Source: Gemmatimonadota bacterium
GTDB lineage: Bacteria > 4572-55 > J002
Length of the DNA: 46,920 nt
Direction: 5' to 3'
NCBI GenBank assembly: GCA_003697105.1
Contig: RFFQ01000090.1
Span: 1-46,920, forward strand
This document shows positions 20,801-29,000 of this stretch, one piece after another. The translations under genes were made by a program, and so were the position numbers. The notes beneath the pieces were generated by a model. That model did no database searches. It was not told where the DNA came from and saw only the letters and a list, made by a program, of their open reading frames with translations. Numbering within the stretch: the stretch's first letter is position 1; every line of letters begins with the position of its first letter.

Positions 20801-21508
20801 TTTACGGGACCAGACAGCATGAATCTGTTTACCAGTAGTTACACGCTGGAAGCCGACGACCCCCCTTACGAACTCAGCTTTTATCACTGGTTAGAATGCC
20901 TGCGGAACTGGTCGGGGGGTCAGGTGCAAATTTCCACCGATCAAGGGGACACATGGGAGTTGATCTATCCTGAAGAAGGGTATGATTTTGAGCGCGTGGT
21001 CGGTTTGGGACAGACCCCCGGTTACACCTCCGCCGAAGGGGAGTGGCGTTTCGCCCAGTTTGACTTGAGTGATTACGCCGGAGAAGAGGTTATGTTTCGC
21101 TTCTGGTTCGGCGCATACGCCCGCCCACAGGAGATGCGTGGCTGGTTTATCGATCATCTGGTGGTAAAAGGTCAACGAAATCTGGGAATCGTCAGCGTCC
21201 AGCCGGAAATTTACCACACTGCCACACCACAACAGTATGACTTAGCACAAAATTACCCCAACCCCTTTAATCCCAAGACGACGATCCGCTTTGCCTTACC
21301 TCAATCTGAGCGGGTACAGGTGCAGATTTATGATATTCAGGGACGGTTGATCCGCACCTTGCTGGATGAAGTGCGCGAAAGCGGCTATCACGCCATCGAG
21401 TGGGACGGCACGGATGCACAGGGTAGTGTGACACCTTCCGGGGTTTATCTGTACCGCCTCCAGACCAGCACGTGGCGCCAGACAAAATCGATGGTGCTGT
21501 TGCGTTAA
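17900..21508 (+). CDS. Large secreted BNR/Asp-box (VPS10/sortilin-like) beta-propeller protein with two carboxypeptidase-regulatory-like domains, a jelly-roll domain and a C-terminal FlgD-Ig/T9SS-like domain
   Basis: ATG 17900 behind AAGGAG; many S/TxDxGxT/SW repeats; GIVRGTVVD and GTLNGSVIE beta-sandwiches; NYPNPFNP...WDGTD...SGVY. Confidence 0.85.
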   Translation: MPAKLNIFIVFLITAFLIELFPPNLIAQQRVDWEAFPDYIKERNSFQRIKHFYQQREFLDGTLPLNTYWEARDAEVRRWGDGGNLRTLDWEAVGPAGIISTWPPQWGVNSGRCRGLAVHPFDPNIAYIGAAAGGIWRTTDGGESWEDIGYSLESLTFGAIAIDPVEPNIIYAGTGEVAAFSNSTLFDGRGMFKSTDGGDSWEHIDAFGTQTHFGDIAVSPHDNSVVLAVLGSGYARLGDLPNEGLWRSEDGGETWDQVIAEGNGFDLLWHPAYEGVVYATVGSRFYYSDDFGQSWTRRTTGMASGSRIQIDLHYTEDVTTIYAVLYNGSTLAFKSTDEGENWTQISEGVPLGGNYGGGWFDQGWYDLSIGVDPSNPDHVLIGNVEIHRTIDGENFSPVRTGGQSSAWDSPMHVDYHKIVFSPSNPNVIYVGSDGGVFRSTDGGTTWHHRNNGINTVQYYRMASHPTDPLFMIGGAQDNGNYRTLDGGATPWGLVTTGDGMECFIDHTEPNWVYMATQNGNLMRSSQGGAFSSFQNISIGNGAWTAPYFMHPTVNTTIYSATNRPYVSYDRGDTWQPMGDLTLGTVTAFAQSRANPNHLMVGNATSVFLTTDHGETWSNNLVNRPGLPDNSQVSRLFLHPVEENTLFIVYSSFAEGEKLFRSTDLGVTWENVSGDLPNVPANDVFIPYNNPLVWFVANDLGVYTSEDSGQTWVRETGLPYVPAIDFDYFSHETTHLIRIGTHGRGAFQAELPIPSGIVRGTVVDESGEPISGVRIQSAGTFDYFQTTTDDQGFYELPQVLEGTYTLTASKFAYADAVSEEFTITVDEEVIIDFEMSLLPTGTLNGSVIEAYTATPQPLSGVEVAVVGTPLIPVLTGDDGQYQITNIPIGEYTVQAINYDYLSEQYHFTMTAGAEVTRDFELIPIYSFEEGPGEYQVDGLWEWGQPQSSGGPDYAYHGDNLFGTDLDGMFTGPDSMNLFTSSYTLEADDPPYELSFYHWLECLRNWSGGQVQISTDQGDTWELIYPEEGYDFERVVGLGQTPGYTSAEGEWRFAQFDLSDYAGEEVMFRFWFGAYARPQEMRGWFIDHLVVKGQRNLGIVSVQPEIYHTATPQQYDLAQNYPNPFNPKTTIRFALPQSERVQVQIYDIQGRLIRTLLDEVRESGYHAIEWDGTDAQGSVTPSGVYLYRLQTSTWRQTKSMVLLR

Positions 21509-21530
21509 GCCCTGACCAAATAATGAATTG

Positions 21531-21564
21531 AAAAAGCCCCGTGAACTCACACGGGGCTTTTTTT
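21531..21564. terminator. Bidirectional terminator between convergent genes
   Basis: AAAAA-GCCCCGTG-AACTCA-CACGGGGC-TTTTTT. Confidence 0.85.
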
Positions 21565-21591
21565 GGTATGGATAGGGTCACACTTGGGGTG

Positions 21592-22386
21592 CTATTCGTT
21601 GATTTTGGCTTCAATGGCGGCGATCAACTCCGCAAAACCGGATTCCGTATGGGTCTCAGGAGTTAGCGCGTTCATATCCGCTAAAATATCAACCAAACGG
21701 GACATAGTTGCCCGAATTTCGGTGTATAAATCCATTGATTCCCGGATACCCTGCAAATTTGCCGCATTGACATCTTTCATCGCTTCATCCAATGCGGTGA
21801 TCTCGTGTTCCCAATATTTGATATAGTTCAGTCGCGCCACCGGTTTGTAGATTTGGGCATCTTCCAGAACAATCGGGAAAATCCGGTCATAAAAATCGCC
21901 ATTTTTGGCTATTTCGATTAGTTCAAACATGCAATTTTCGGATTTCAGATATTTATCGCTGATGATAACGATCACGGCTTTACCGCGTCCAATTTCGCGC
22001 ATGAAATCCCGAATGCGTCCTTTAAATCCCAAATTTCGTTTATCCCGAATCAAGGGAATCTCCCGTGCAACGAGGGCTTGCTCAATGCGGTCTGCCATTA
22101 CCTCACTTTCGCCACCCCACGCATAGGAGATGAAAATTTCCCTCTGATGCGACGCTTGCGGAGCTGGGGCAGACTCCACCGCCACCGTCCCAGAATCTCC
22201 GGCAAGCGTCTTTTCGTATGCCGCCATTTTCTTGGCGTTACCGGCGTCGAGTTTAATCCCAAACCGGTCAATATCCTTTTTGGCTTCTTGGATTTGATAG
22301 TTCAATTTGAATTTGATGGCAGTATCCGTTTCCACCAAATAAGCCTCCAGTAATCGCCGTAGTTTCTCATTCATCAATTTATCCAT
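21592..22386 (-). CDS. TIR-domain protein with short N-terminal helical (EAD-like) domain
   Basis: EIFISYAWGG, IRDKRNLGFKG, VIISDKYLKSENCMFEL (catalytic-Glu position); N-terminal EKLRRLLEAYLVETDTAIKFKLNYQIQE. Confidence 0.82.
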   Translation of the reverse strand: MDKLMNEKLRRLLEAYLVETDTAIKFKLNYQIQEAKKDIDRFGIKLDAGNAKKMAAYEKTLAGDSGTVAVESAPAPQASHQREIFISYAWGGESEVMADRIEQALVAREIPLIRDKRNLGFKGRIRDFMREIGRGKAVIVIISDKYLKSENCMFELIEIAKNGDFYDRIFPIVLEDAQIYKPVARLNYIKYWEHEITALDEAMKDVNAANLQGIRESMDLYTEIRATMSRLVDILADMNALTPETHTESGFAELIAAIEAKINE

Positions 22387-22476
22387 CGGTTGCTCCTTCT
22401 CAGGGGGAATGGGGATTTATGTTTTCTTGACTTTATGCGGAATAACCAGCGATGGGCACATCGTTTAGGGGAAGGT

Positions 22477-23352
22477 TCACCGGTCTAAAATCTCACTTTC
22501 GGGGTTGTGGGTTTTCAACTGGGTTTTGGCGATCTGTGGATTTCGCACGGCATAACAATACACGCAACCTTGCGGGCAGGTATCGTAAGCGCCAATATCT
22601 TTGGCGGCAAAACAGCCGCAAGCATCCCGGTGCGGCTTAGCCGGCGCATAAAGTTCCCGTCCGGCAATGTCACTCAGACGATGCAGGTCAATGCAACGGG
22701 CATCCCGAATCTGGCCAGCTACAAATTGTCGTTGGGCACAGATGGAAAATTTCATGCCGCAGGAATCGGCGATCCGGGCAAGTTCATCCGCCAATTCTCT
22801 TTTGATGCCGTCTGGCGGGTCGTGCCAGGTAAAGCCGTGTTGGGTGGCGGCATAGTTCAAGTTTCGTTTTGATTTTCGATAAATCTGGGCGAAGGAAATC
22901 ACAACTTCATCCACCTGACCTGCCAATGTGCGGGCGAAGTGGGTAAAGGTATGCCGGTGCTTCTCAACGGTCGTCAAGGAGGAAAAGAGGATGGGGTCAT
23001 AGCGCCAGACCACCGCTCGTGTGCCATACGTCCGGCAGAGCATTTGGATCTGCTCGATGGCGTGTTTGGGGGCAATCACCGCGGGTTCTAACGGGCGAGG
23101 ATAGCCAGTTAGGGTAAATTGCAAATAAAACGGATAGCCACGCCGGGCGACTTCGTGCAGATGATCCGTAAATGGCGCCACATTCCGCGTCCAAAAGACA
23201 AAACCGGTGACATCCTCCTGCTTGAGACTCACCGTGTAAATTTGCCCGCCATACGGATTGACCATCTTACAATATCCGGCGTCCAACCGTCGCCGGAACC
23301 AATTGCCATAGAATGCCGGAATGTCCGTTTTGTAGGAAACCGATATAATCAA
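22477..23352 (-). CDS. DUF1848 family protein (radical-SAM-like, C-terminal CxxxCxxC)
   Basis: TTG start behind GGGGAGGG; MIISVSYKTDIPAFY, VFWTRN, WRYDPI, DIGAYDTCPQGCVYCYA. Confidence 0.88.
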   Translation of the reverse strand: MIISVSYKTDIPAFYGNWFRRRLDAGYCKMVNPYGGQIYTVSLKQEDVTGFVFWTRNVAPFTDHLHEVARRGYPFYLQFTLTGYPRPLEPAVIAPKHAIEQIQMLCRTYGTRAVVWRYDPILFSSLTTVEKHRHTFTHFARTLAGQVDEVVISFAQIYRKSKRNLNYAATQHGFTWHDPPDGIKRELADELARIADSCGMKFSICAQRQFVAGQIRDARCIDLHRLSDIAGRELYAPAKPHRDACGCFAAKDIGAYDTCPQGCVYCYAVRNPQIAKTQLKTHNPESEILDR

Positions 23353-23572
23353 AGTAACCCCTCCCCCGAAAATAAATTTAAGACCGCCTACAACGACCCA
23401 ATATAATCGGAAACCCGAAAAAAAACATGGATTTTTTCATGTGCGGCAACCGTGTACACCGGTGCGAATGCACTTGAGCATTACTACCGGGATTTGGGCT
23501 TGACAACGCTCTTAAATTCAAGTTATTATCCCTATTGCGTTAGGCAAACATCCCTTTTTGAAAGGCTTGGTT

Positions 23573-24601
23573 ATGTTCCAGTGGTTGATCGTACTCGTAA
23601 CTCTCCTTCCCACATTACCCGCGCTTGCCGTACCGGCAACAGTAACCCCTGAAAGCCGCGCCGATACCACCCACGCACGCCATATCGCCCTGAATATTCC
23701 CGTAAAAGGGTACGGTTTGAGTATCGGCAATTCCGAACGGTGTACCGGTATTCGGATCAATGCCGTGGACCATCAGGTCACAGCGGTTAATGGAGTCAAT
23801 TTGACTTTATGGAAACCGGAACAGAACCCGGACGCTGAAATTCAGGGCATTGCCTTGGCGTTGGTGGGGCAGGAAGTCGCCCGGGTAAGCGGGATTTCGG
23901 TTGGCGGATTGGGAAGCGTTGCGAACACCATGCAGGGCATTGCCGTCAGTGGATTGGGTACTGTCAGTAACGAGCAATGGGGCATTGGGCTTGCCGGATT
24001 GGGTTTTGTCTCGGATAACTTCACCGGAATCGGCATTGGAGGATTCGGTGCGGTTACCGGTAAGATGACCGGGATTCTCATCGGGGGATTCGGGGCGGTA
24101 ACAGATGATGGGCGCGGTGTGCTAGTTGCCGCTGGCGGTTCCGGGATAGACCATTTCAGCGGGATAGCCGTTAGCGGGCTGGGTATGGGTGCCAGCCGTC
24201 TTCACGGATTAATCCTTGCCGGGATCGGGTTAGGGAGTGAACATCTCCGCGGGTTGACTCTGGCGGGTATTGGTGTGGGTGCAGAGACCATTACCGGGCT
24301 TACCTTGACCGGCGCCGGCGTGGGAGCACGAGAGGTACGCGGGCTAACATTCGGTACGGTGGGGGTGGGCGCAGAGACGATTCGGGGAGTGACGCTTGCC
24401 GGTGGTAAAATCAAGGCATATGATGTCTCCGGAATGGCGATCAGTGTCTTCAATCATGTGAAACACCGGCAAACGGGCTTGACCATTGGTATTTTGAACA
24501 TTGCTCACCAGCTAAACGGCGTACAACTGGGGCTATTCAATTACGCCGGCAATAACCCCGGTTGGGCACGATTTTTACCGCTCATCAATGCACATTTATA
24601 G
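23573..24601 (+). CDS. Secreted Gly-rich surface-repeat (beta-helix-like) protein
   Basis: Signal peptide; ~14-aa repeats xxGIxxxGLGxV; C-terminal GVQLGLFNYA...FLPLINAHL; TTGACA at 23500 upstream. Confidence 0.75.
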   Translation: MFQWLIVLVTLLPTLPALAVPATVTPESRADTTHARHIALNIPVKGYGLSIGNSERCTGIRINAVDHQVTAVNGVNLTLWKPEQNPDAEIQGIALALVGQEVARVSGISVGGLGSVANTMQGIAVSGLGTVSNEQWGIGLAGLGFVSDNFTGIGIGGFGAVTGKMTGILIGGFGAVTDDGRGVLVAAGGSGIDHFSGIAVSGLGMGASRLHGLILAGIGLGSEHLRGLTLAGIGVGAETITGLTLTGAGVGAREVRGLTFGTVGVGAETIRGVTLAGGKIKAYDVSGMAISVFNHVKHRQTGLTIGILNIAHQLNGVQLGLFNYAGNNPGWARFLPLINAHL

Positions 24602-24618
24602 ATGAAATTGGATGCAAA

Positions 24619-24647
24619 ACCCTAAAAGTCTTGAAGAACTTTAGGGT
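24619..24647. repeat. REP-like 29-bp palindrome, copy 1
   Basis: ACCCTAAAAG-TCTTGAAGAA-CTTTAGGGT, just after the stop codon at 24601; near-identical arms recur at 42418-42446. Confidence 0.6.
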
Positions 24648-24664
24648 CTTAAAAGGAGACTTTA

Positions 24665-24894
24665 CGAAACATCGTTTTATTGGCTCTGATCGCAACCCGT
24701 TCATGACCGGCACCCGTGCGTGGTCACAAGTTGATTTTTCCCAACAACTCGCCGGTTGGATGCCGGATCAACTCCAGCGGGACAACTGGCGTGCAGAACA
24801 ATTTTTTGAGGGTACTCAGGGCGTCATTGTTTGGGGTGCCGCTACTGAAGAAACGGACGAAGATGAATACGATTTCAACGAAAATATGGCGGGT
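24665..24894 (+). pseudogene. Possible decayed 5' fragment of a secreted-protein gene
   Basis: AAGGAGA RBS followed by ACG rather than ATG; RNIVLLALIAT in one frame, AWSQVDFSQQLAGWMPDQ...YDFNENM in another; ends abruptly at the GGAGTT repeat tract. Confidence 0.3.
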
Positions 24895-24974
24895 GGAGTT
24901 GGGGAGTTTAGGAGTTTGGGAGTTGGGGAGTTGGGGAGTTTGACGAGTTTGGCGAGTTTAGGAGTTGGGGAATT
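24895..24974 (+). repeat. Degenerate tandem repeat, about 10 copies of 8-9 bp (G/C)GAGTT(G/T)(G/A)
   Basis: ggagttgg ggagttta ggagtttg ggagttgg ggagttgg ggagtttga cgagtttgg cgagttta ggagttgg ggaatt; followed by CCCTAAATCCT x2 at about 24983-25006. Confidence 0.85.
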
Positions 24975-25056
24975 ACATGAACCCCTAAATCCTAATCCCT
25001 AAATCCTGATTCGGGAGTTTTGGGAGTATCGTATCACCTTACTACAAGGAGCTTAA

Positions 25057-25536
25057 ATGCAACTGGAACGCATTCAACAATTAATTCAGGAAATCTGGGA
25101 TACGGTTAACACCAGCGATGATCTGAATCAGTTTATCGAAACATACGGTGCGGAACTGGACCCGGATTTTTTGGTCGGAATCGAGATGATTATCGCCGAT
25201 ATGCTAAAAGAAGGTGAAGATGAAATGGCGGCTTACTTTGAAGAGATTTATGATCGTTTAGAAGCCATCATTTCTACCAAACACCCTACACCGGAAACCT
25301 CCACCAGCGTAAAAAAAGCGATTGAACTGGTGCGCATTGTACTGGAAGAAGTCAATGATATGGATGAACTGGATCAGTTTGTGGAACAATACTACGACGA
25401 CTTCAATGAGGCATTTTTTGCTGTGTTGGATTATCTCATCCAAGAAGAAAACGAAAGGGATAATGTCGAACAGTCCGTTTTTTATCAGGCAGTTAAGGAA
25501 GAAATTTCGTTACGTCTTGGGTTAAATATCGCGTAA
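25057..25536 (+). CDS. Acidic helical hypothetical protein with an internal two-fold repeat
   Basis: AAGGAG RBS; VNTSDDLNQFIETYGAELDPDFL aligns with VNDMDELDQFVEQYYDDFNEAFF. Confidence 0.75.
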   Translation: MQLERIQQLIQEIWDTVNTSDDLNQFIETYGAELDPDFLVGIEMIIADMLKEGEDEMAAYFEEIYDRLEAIISTKHPTPETSTSVKKAIELVRIVLEEVNDMDELDQFVEQYYDDFNEAFFAVLDYLIQEENERDNVEQSVFYQAVKEEISLRLGLNIA

Positions 25537-25538
25537 AA

Positions 25539-25566
25539 CTAACAAAGCCCTAATTAAATACTAATA
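25539..25566 (+). promoter_or_regulatory. Pho-box-like direct repeats upstream of pstS
   Basis: CTAAC (25539), CTAAT (25550), CTAAT (25561): exact 11-bp period, ending about 105 bp before the pstS ATG. Confidence 0.55.
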
Positions 25567-25670
25567 TTGTCGGGTAAATAGGGTAACTAAATCCGGTATG
25601 AACCGGAGCGTTAATCCAATTCGGCGGATTTACATCCGTAAGTTTGTGTCTTTTTTTAAGGAGTTTCCCT

Positions 25671-26636
25671 ATGTACAAGTGGTTTAATCTCATTACCTTA
25701 GCGGTGTTTTCAATAAGTTTGATTTCCGCAGATGGGGTCATCAAAGTGGACCCCCCAATTGGTAAATATGAGAAGGTCAGCGGTATTTCCGGCAACTTGA
25801 GTAGCATTGGTTCCGATACGCTGAACAACTTAATGACGTTTTGGGCAGAAAGTTTCCGCAAGTTGTACCCGAACGTGAATATTCAGGTGGAAGGTAAAGG
25901 ATCGAGTACCGCCCCGCCGGCATTGATTGAAGGTACGGCGCAATTGGGACCTATGTCCCGTCACATGAAAGCGCAGGAGATCGAAGCATTTGAAGCCAAG
26001 CACGGCTATAAACCGACTGCCATTGTGGTGGCTTTGGATGCGTTAGCGGTATATGTTCACAAAGATAATCCGTTGGAAGGACTTTCTTTGCCACAAGTGG
26101 ACGCAATTTTCTCCAAAACCCGCAAAAGCGGGCATGACGATATCCAAACGTGGGGTCAAGTAGGTTTAACCGGTGAGTGGGCAAATCGCCCGATGAGTTT
26201 GTACGGGCGAAATTCCGCTTCCGGCACCTACGGCTACTTTAAAAAAGTGGCGTTATTCAAAGGGGATTTCAAAAGCACCGTCAAAGAGCAACCCGGGTCT
26301 GCCTCCGTGGTGTTGGGTGTTACCGAAGACCTCGCCGGAATTGGGTATTCCGGGATTGGTTACAAAACCTCTGGAGTCAAGGCATTGGCACTTTCTAAAA
26401 CAGATGGAGCGAAAGCCTATGAACCGTCCTATGAAAATGTTCTTAGTGGGGATTATCCGTTGGGTCGCCCGTTGTTGATCTACATTGATAAAGCGCCGAA
26501 CAAGCCGTTGGATCCTCTGGTTAAAGAATTTATCACCTTTGTGCTTTCTCAAGAGGGACAAGAAATCGTGGTGAAAGATGGGTATCTCCCGCTACCGGCG
26601 CCCATCATTCAACAACAACTGGAACTGCTTCAGTAA
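25671..26636 (+). CDS. pstS: Phosphate ABC transporter substrate-binding protein
   Basis: [31 protein letters not shown] 25671 behind AAGGAG. Confidence 0.95.
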   Translation: MYKWFNLITLAVFSISLISADGVIKVDPPIGKYEKVSGISGNLSSIGSDTLNNLMTFWAESFRKLYPNVNIQVEGKGSSTAPPALIEGTAQLGPMSRHMKAQEIEAFEAKHGYKPTAIVVALDALAVYVHKDNPLEGLSLPQVDAIFSKTRKSGHDDIQTWGQVGLTGEWANRPMSLYGRNSASGTYGYFKKVALFKGDFKSTVKEQPGSASVVLGVTEDLAGIGYSGIGYKTSGVKALALSKTDGAKAYEPSYENVLSGDYPLGRPLLIYIDKAPNKPLDPLVKEFITFVLSQEGQEIVVKDGYLPLPAPIIQQQLELLQ

Positions 26637-26722
26637 ATCGACGAATCTAACCGTATCATAGCGGGTACATCACAGGGGTGTACCCGCGATTTCTTTCGTG
26701 CTCAAATTGGATATTACTCGTT

Positions 26723-28954
26723 ATGCCAGATTCAAACATTCGCCGCGCACTGGTTGCCGATAGTATTGCCCGGTGGGTGATTATCGCCGGTGGGGTGTTC
26801 ATCATCATAAGCGTGATTGCGATCTTATTTTTGATCCTCCACGTGACGTGGCCGCTGTTTCAATCCACGAAGGCGCAACCGGTGCAGGAGTTCAAGGCGT
26901 CCGGCTCACAACCGGCGGTGTTGGCGTTGGGGGTCGATGAATATCTGGAAACCGCTTTTATTCTGGATAATACCGGCTCTATTCGTATCATTGATCTGGA
27001 AACAGAGCAGATGATCGACCAGCATCGCCTCTATTCAGCGCGCCAAGATTCCCACGCGACAATTACCGGTATCGATTCATACGATAATTACATTTACAAT
27101 GTGCAATGGAGCGATAGCACGTTCACGATGGAAGCGGTCAAAACGGTGGTCTCTTTTGAGGGGAGTGTCCGCCAGATTAATTATGAGTTTCAGCAATTAG
27201 CGGCATTTCCCGCCGATACATTACTCGGTATTCCCCGCCAAACGGTCGCCCGGCAATCCCCAGAAGGGGGCATCACCAAAGTGAGTTTGCTGGCAGATAA
27301 CCGGTTTCATGTGACACAAGAACTCGCCGAGACAAATCTGTTTGGAATAACCACCACAACCACCTCAACCTATTTTATTGAAGATGAACTCCCTGGTGAC
27401 ATCGCCACATTTACTCTGGATCACTCCGGGCAAACATTATACGCGGGAACAACCAACGGTTATCTGCTACGCTGGGATTTGCGCGAACCAGACGTACCGG
27501 TGTTGCTAGATGAGATTCAAGCTTTTAATGACGGGCGCACAACCACGGCGTTGGCCCTGATGTTAGGGGATATATCGCTGGTAGTCGGCGACGAGACCGG
27601 TGAAGTCTCTATTTGGTTTCCGGTGCGCTCCCCCGCCCACAATAATCAGCGCAAGTTACACCGCATCCATACCTTGACCGCCCATGACAGCCCGGTCATC
27701 CAATTGTTACCTTCTCAACGCCACAAATCGGTTCTCAGTTTGAGCCAACAGGGAGACATCCATTTTGATCACATGACCAGTGGACGCCATATTCTAACCC
27801 TTGAGAACGACCCACCGGTTCAATTGGCGACCCTCTCGCTTCGCAGCAATGGATTACTCACCTACACCGCAAAGGGGCAAGCGGTGCTTTGGAAGTTGGA
27901 AAACCCCCACCCGGAGGCAAGTCTGAAAGCCTTTTTCGGCAAAGTATGGTACGAAAGTTATGATCAGCCGGAATATATCTGGCAATCGTCTTCTGGCAGC
28001 ACGGACTTTGAGCCCAAATTTAGTCTGGTGCCGCTGATGTTTGGAACGATAAAAGGCACCTTTTATGCCATGCTATTTGCCGTACCTTTAGCCTTGTTGG
28101 GCGCTATTTATACCAGCCAATTTATGTACCCCAGTTGGCGCAAACTGGTCAAGCCTTCTGTGGAAATTATGGCAGCCATTCCCTCAGTAGTAATCGGTTT
28201 TTTGGCAGCGCTTTGGTTCGCCCCGATTGTGGAAGGTGCGGTGATTCCCATCTTTCTGTCCTTTATTATCATCCCCCTAATGGCACTGGTTGCCGTCCTA
28301 TTATGGCAGTCCATTGCCTCCCAACCATCGTTCAAACAAATTGAAAAAGGCTATGAATTCATCTTGATTGTACCATTCATCTTGGTGGGGGTTTATCTGT
28401 GTTCGTGGTTGGGTCCGCTGTTAGAAGAGATGTTTTTCGCCGGTGATTTTAAGCAATGGCTGTTTGAAGAACTCAATACCCGTTACGACCAACGGAATAA
28501 TATTATTATTGCTTTTGGTTTAGGATTTGCGGTTATCCCGATCATCTTTACCATTGCCGATGATGCGCTGAGTAATGTACCGCGTAGCCTCAGTGCCGCA
28601 TCCTTGGCATTGGGTGCCAGCCGCTGGCAAACCGTTTGGAAAGTGGTGTTACCTTCTGCCAGTCCGGGCATCTTTGCCGGGGTGATGATCGGTTTTGGGC
28701 GAGCTATTGGCGAAACAATGATCGTGCTGATGGCAACCGGTAATACCCCGATCATCGATTGGAGTATTTTTAACGGTATGCGCACCCTTTCGGCGAATAT
28801 CGCCGTTGAAATCCCGGAGGCCCCCTTTAACGGGACACTTTACCGGGTACTCTTTTTATCTGCCGTGATTCTGTTTGTCTCCACGTTTATTATCAACACG
28901 GCTGCAGAACTCGTGCGGCAGCGGTTGCGCAAAAAATACGGACGATTTCAGTAA
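26723..28954 (+). CDS. pstC: Phosphate ABC transporter permease, long form with periplasmic beta-propeller-like region
   Basis: WQSSSGSTDFEPKFSLVPL, ASLALGASRWQT (EAA loop), GRAIGETMIVLMATGN; position in the operon. Confidence 0.9.
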   Translation: MPDSNIRRALVADSIARWVIIAGGVFIIISVIAILFLILHVTWPLFQSTKAQPVQEFKASGSQPAVLALGVDEYLETAFILDNTGSIRIIDLETEQMIDQHRLYSARQDSHATITGIDSYDNYIYNVQWSDSTFTMEAVKTVVSFEGSVRQINYEFQQLAAFPADTLLGIPRQTVARQSPEGGITKVSLLADNRFHVTQELAETNLFGITTTTTSTYFIEDELPGDIATFTLDHSGQTLYAGTTNGYLLRWDLREPDVPVLLDEIQAFNDGRTTTALALMLGDISLVVGDETGEVSIWFPVRSPAHNNQRKLHRIHTLTAHDSPVIQLLPSQRHKSVLSLSQQGDIHFDHMTSGRHILTLENDPPVQLATLSLRSNGLLTYTAKGQAVLWKLENPHPEASLKAFFGKVWYESYDQPEYIWQSSSGSTDFEPKFSLVPLMFGTIKGTFYAMLFAVPLALLGAIYTSQFMYPSWRKLVKPSVEIMAAIPSVVIGFLAALWFAPIVEGAVIPIFLSFIIIPLMALVAVLLWQSIASQPSFKQIEKGYEFILIVPFILVGVYLCSWLGPLLEEMFFAGDFKQWLFEELNTRYDQRNNIIIAFGLGFAVIPIIFTIADDALSNVPRSLSAASLALGASRWQTVWKVVLPSASPGIFAGVMIGFGRAIGETMIVLMATGNTPIIDWSIFNGMRTLSANIAVEIPEAPFNGTLYRVLFLSAVILFVSTFIINTAAELVRQRLRKKYGRFQ

Positions 28955-29000
28955 ACATCATAAAACCATTCGACCTTTCCCCGTTGAGTGAGTGAAATAA

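Noticed and set aside
24562-25002. 146-aa ORF as an intact gene
   Set aside because: It overlaps the previous gene, runs through a palindrome and a simple-repeat tract, and has no credible start.
24895-25030. CRISPR array
   Set aside because: Units are 8-9 bp with no spacers, and no cas genes are present.
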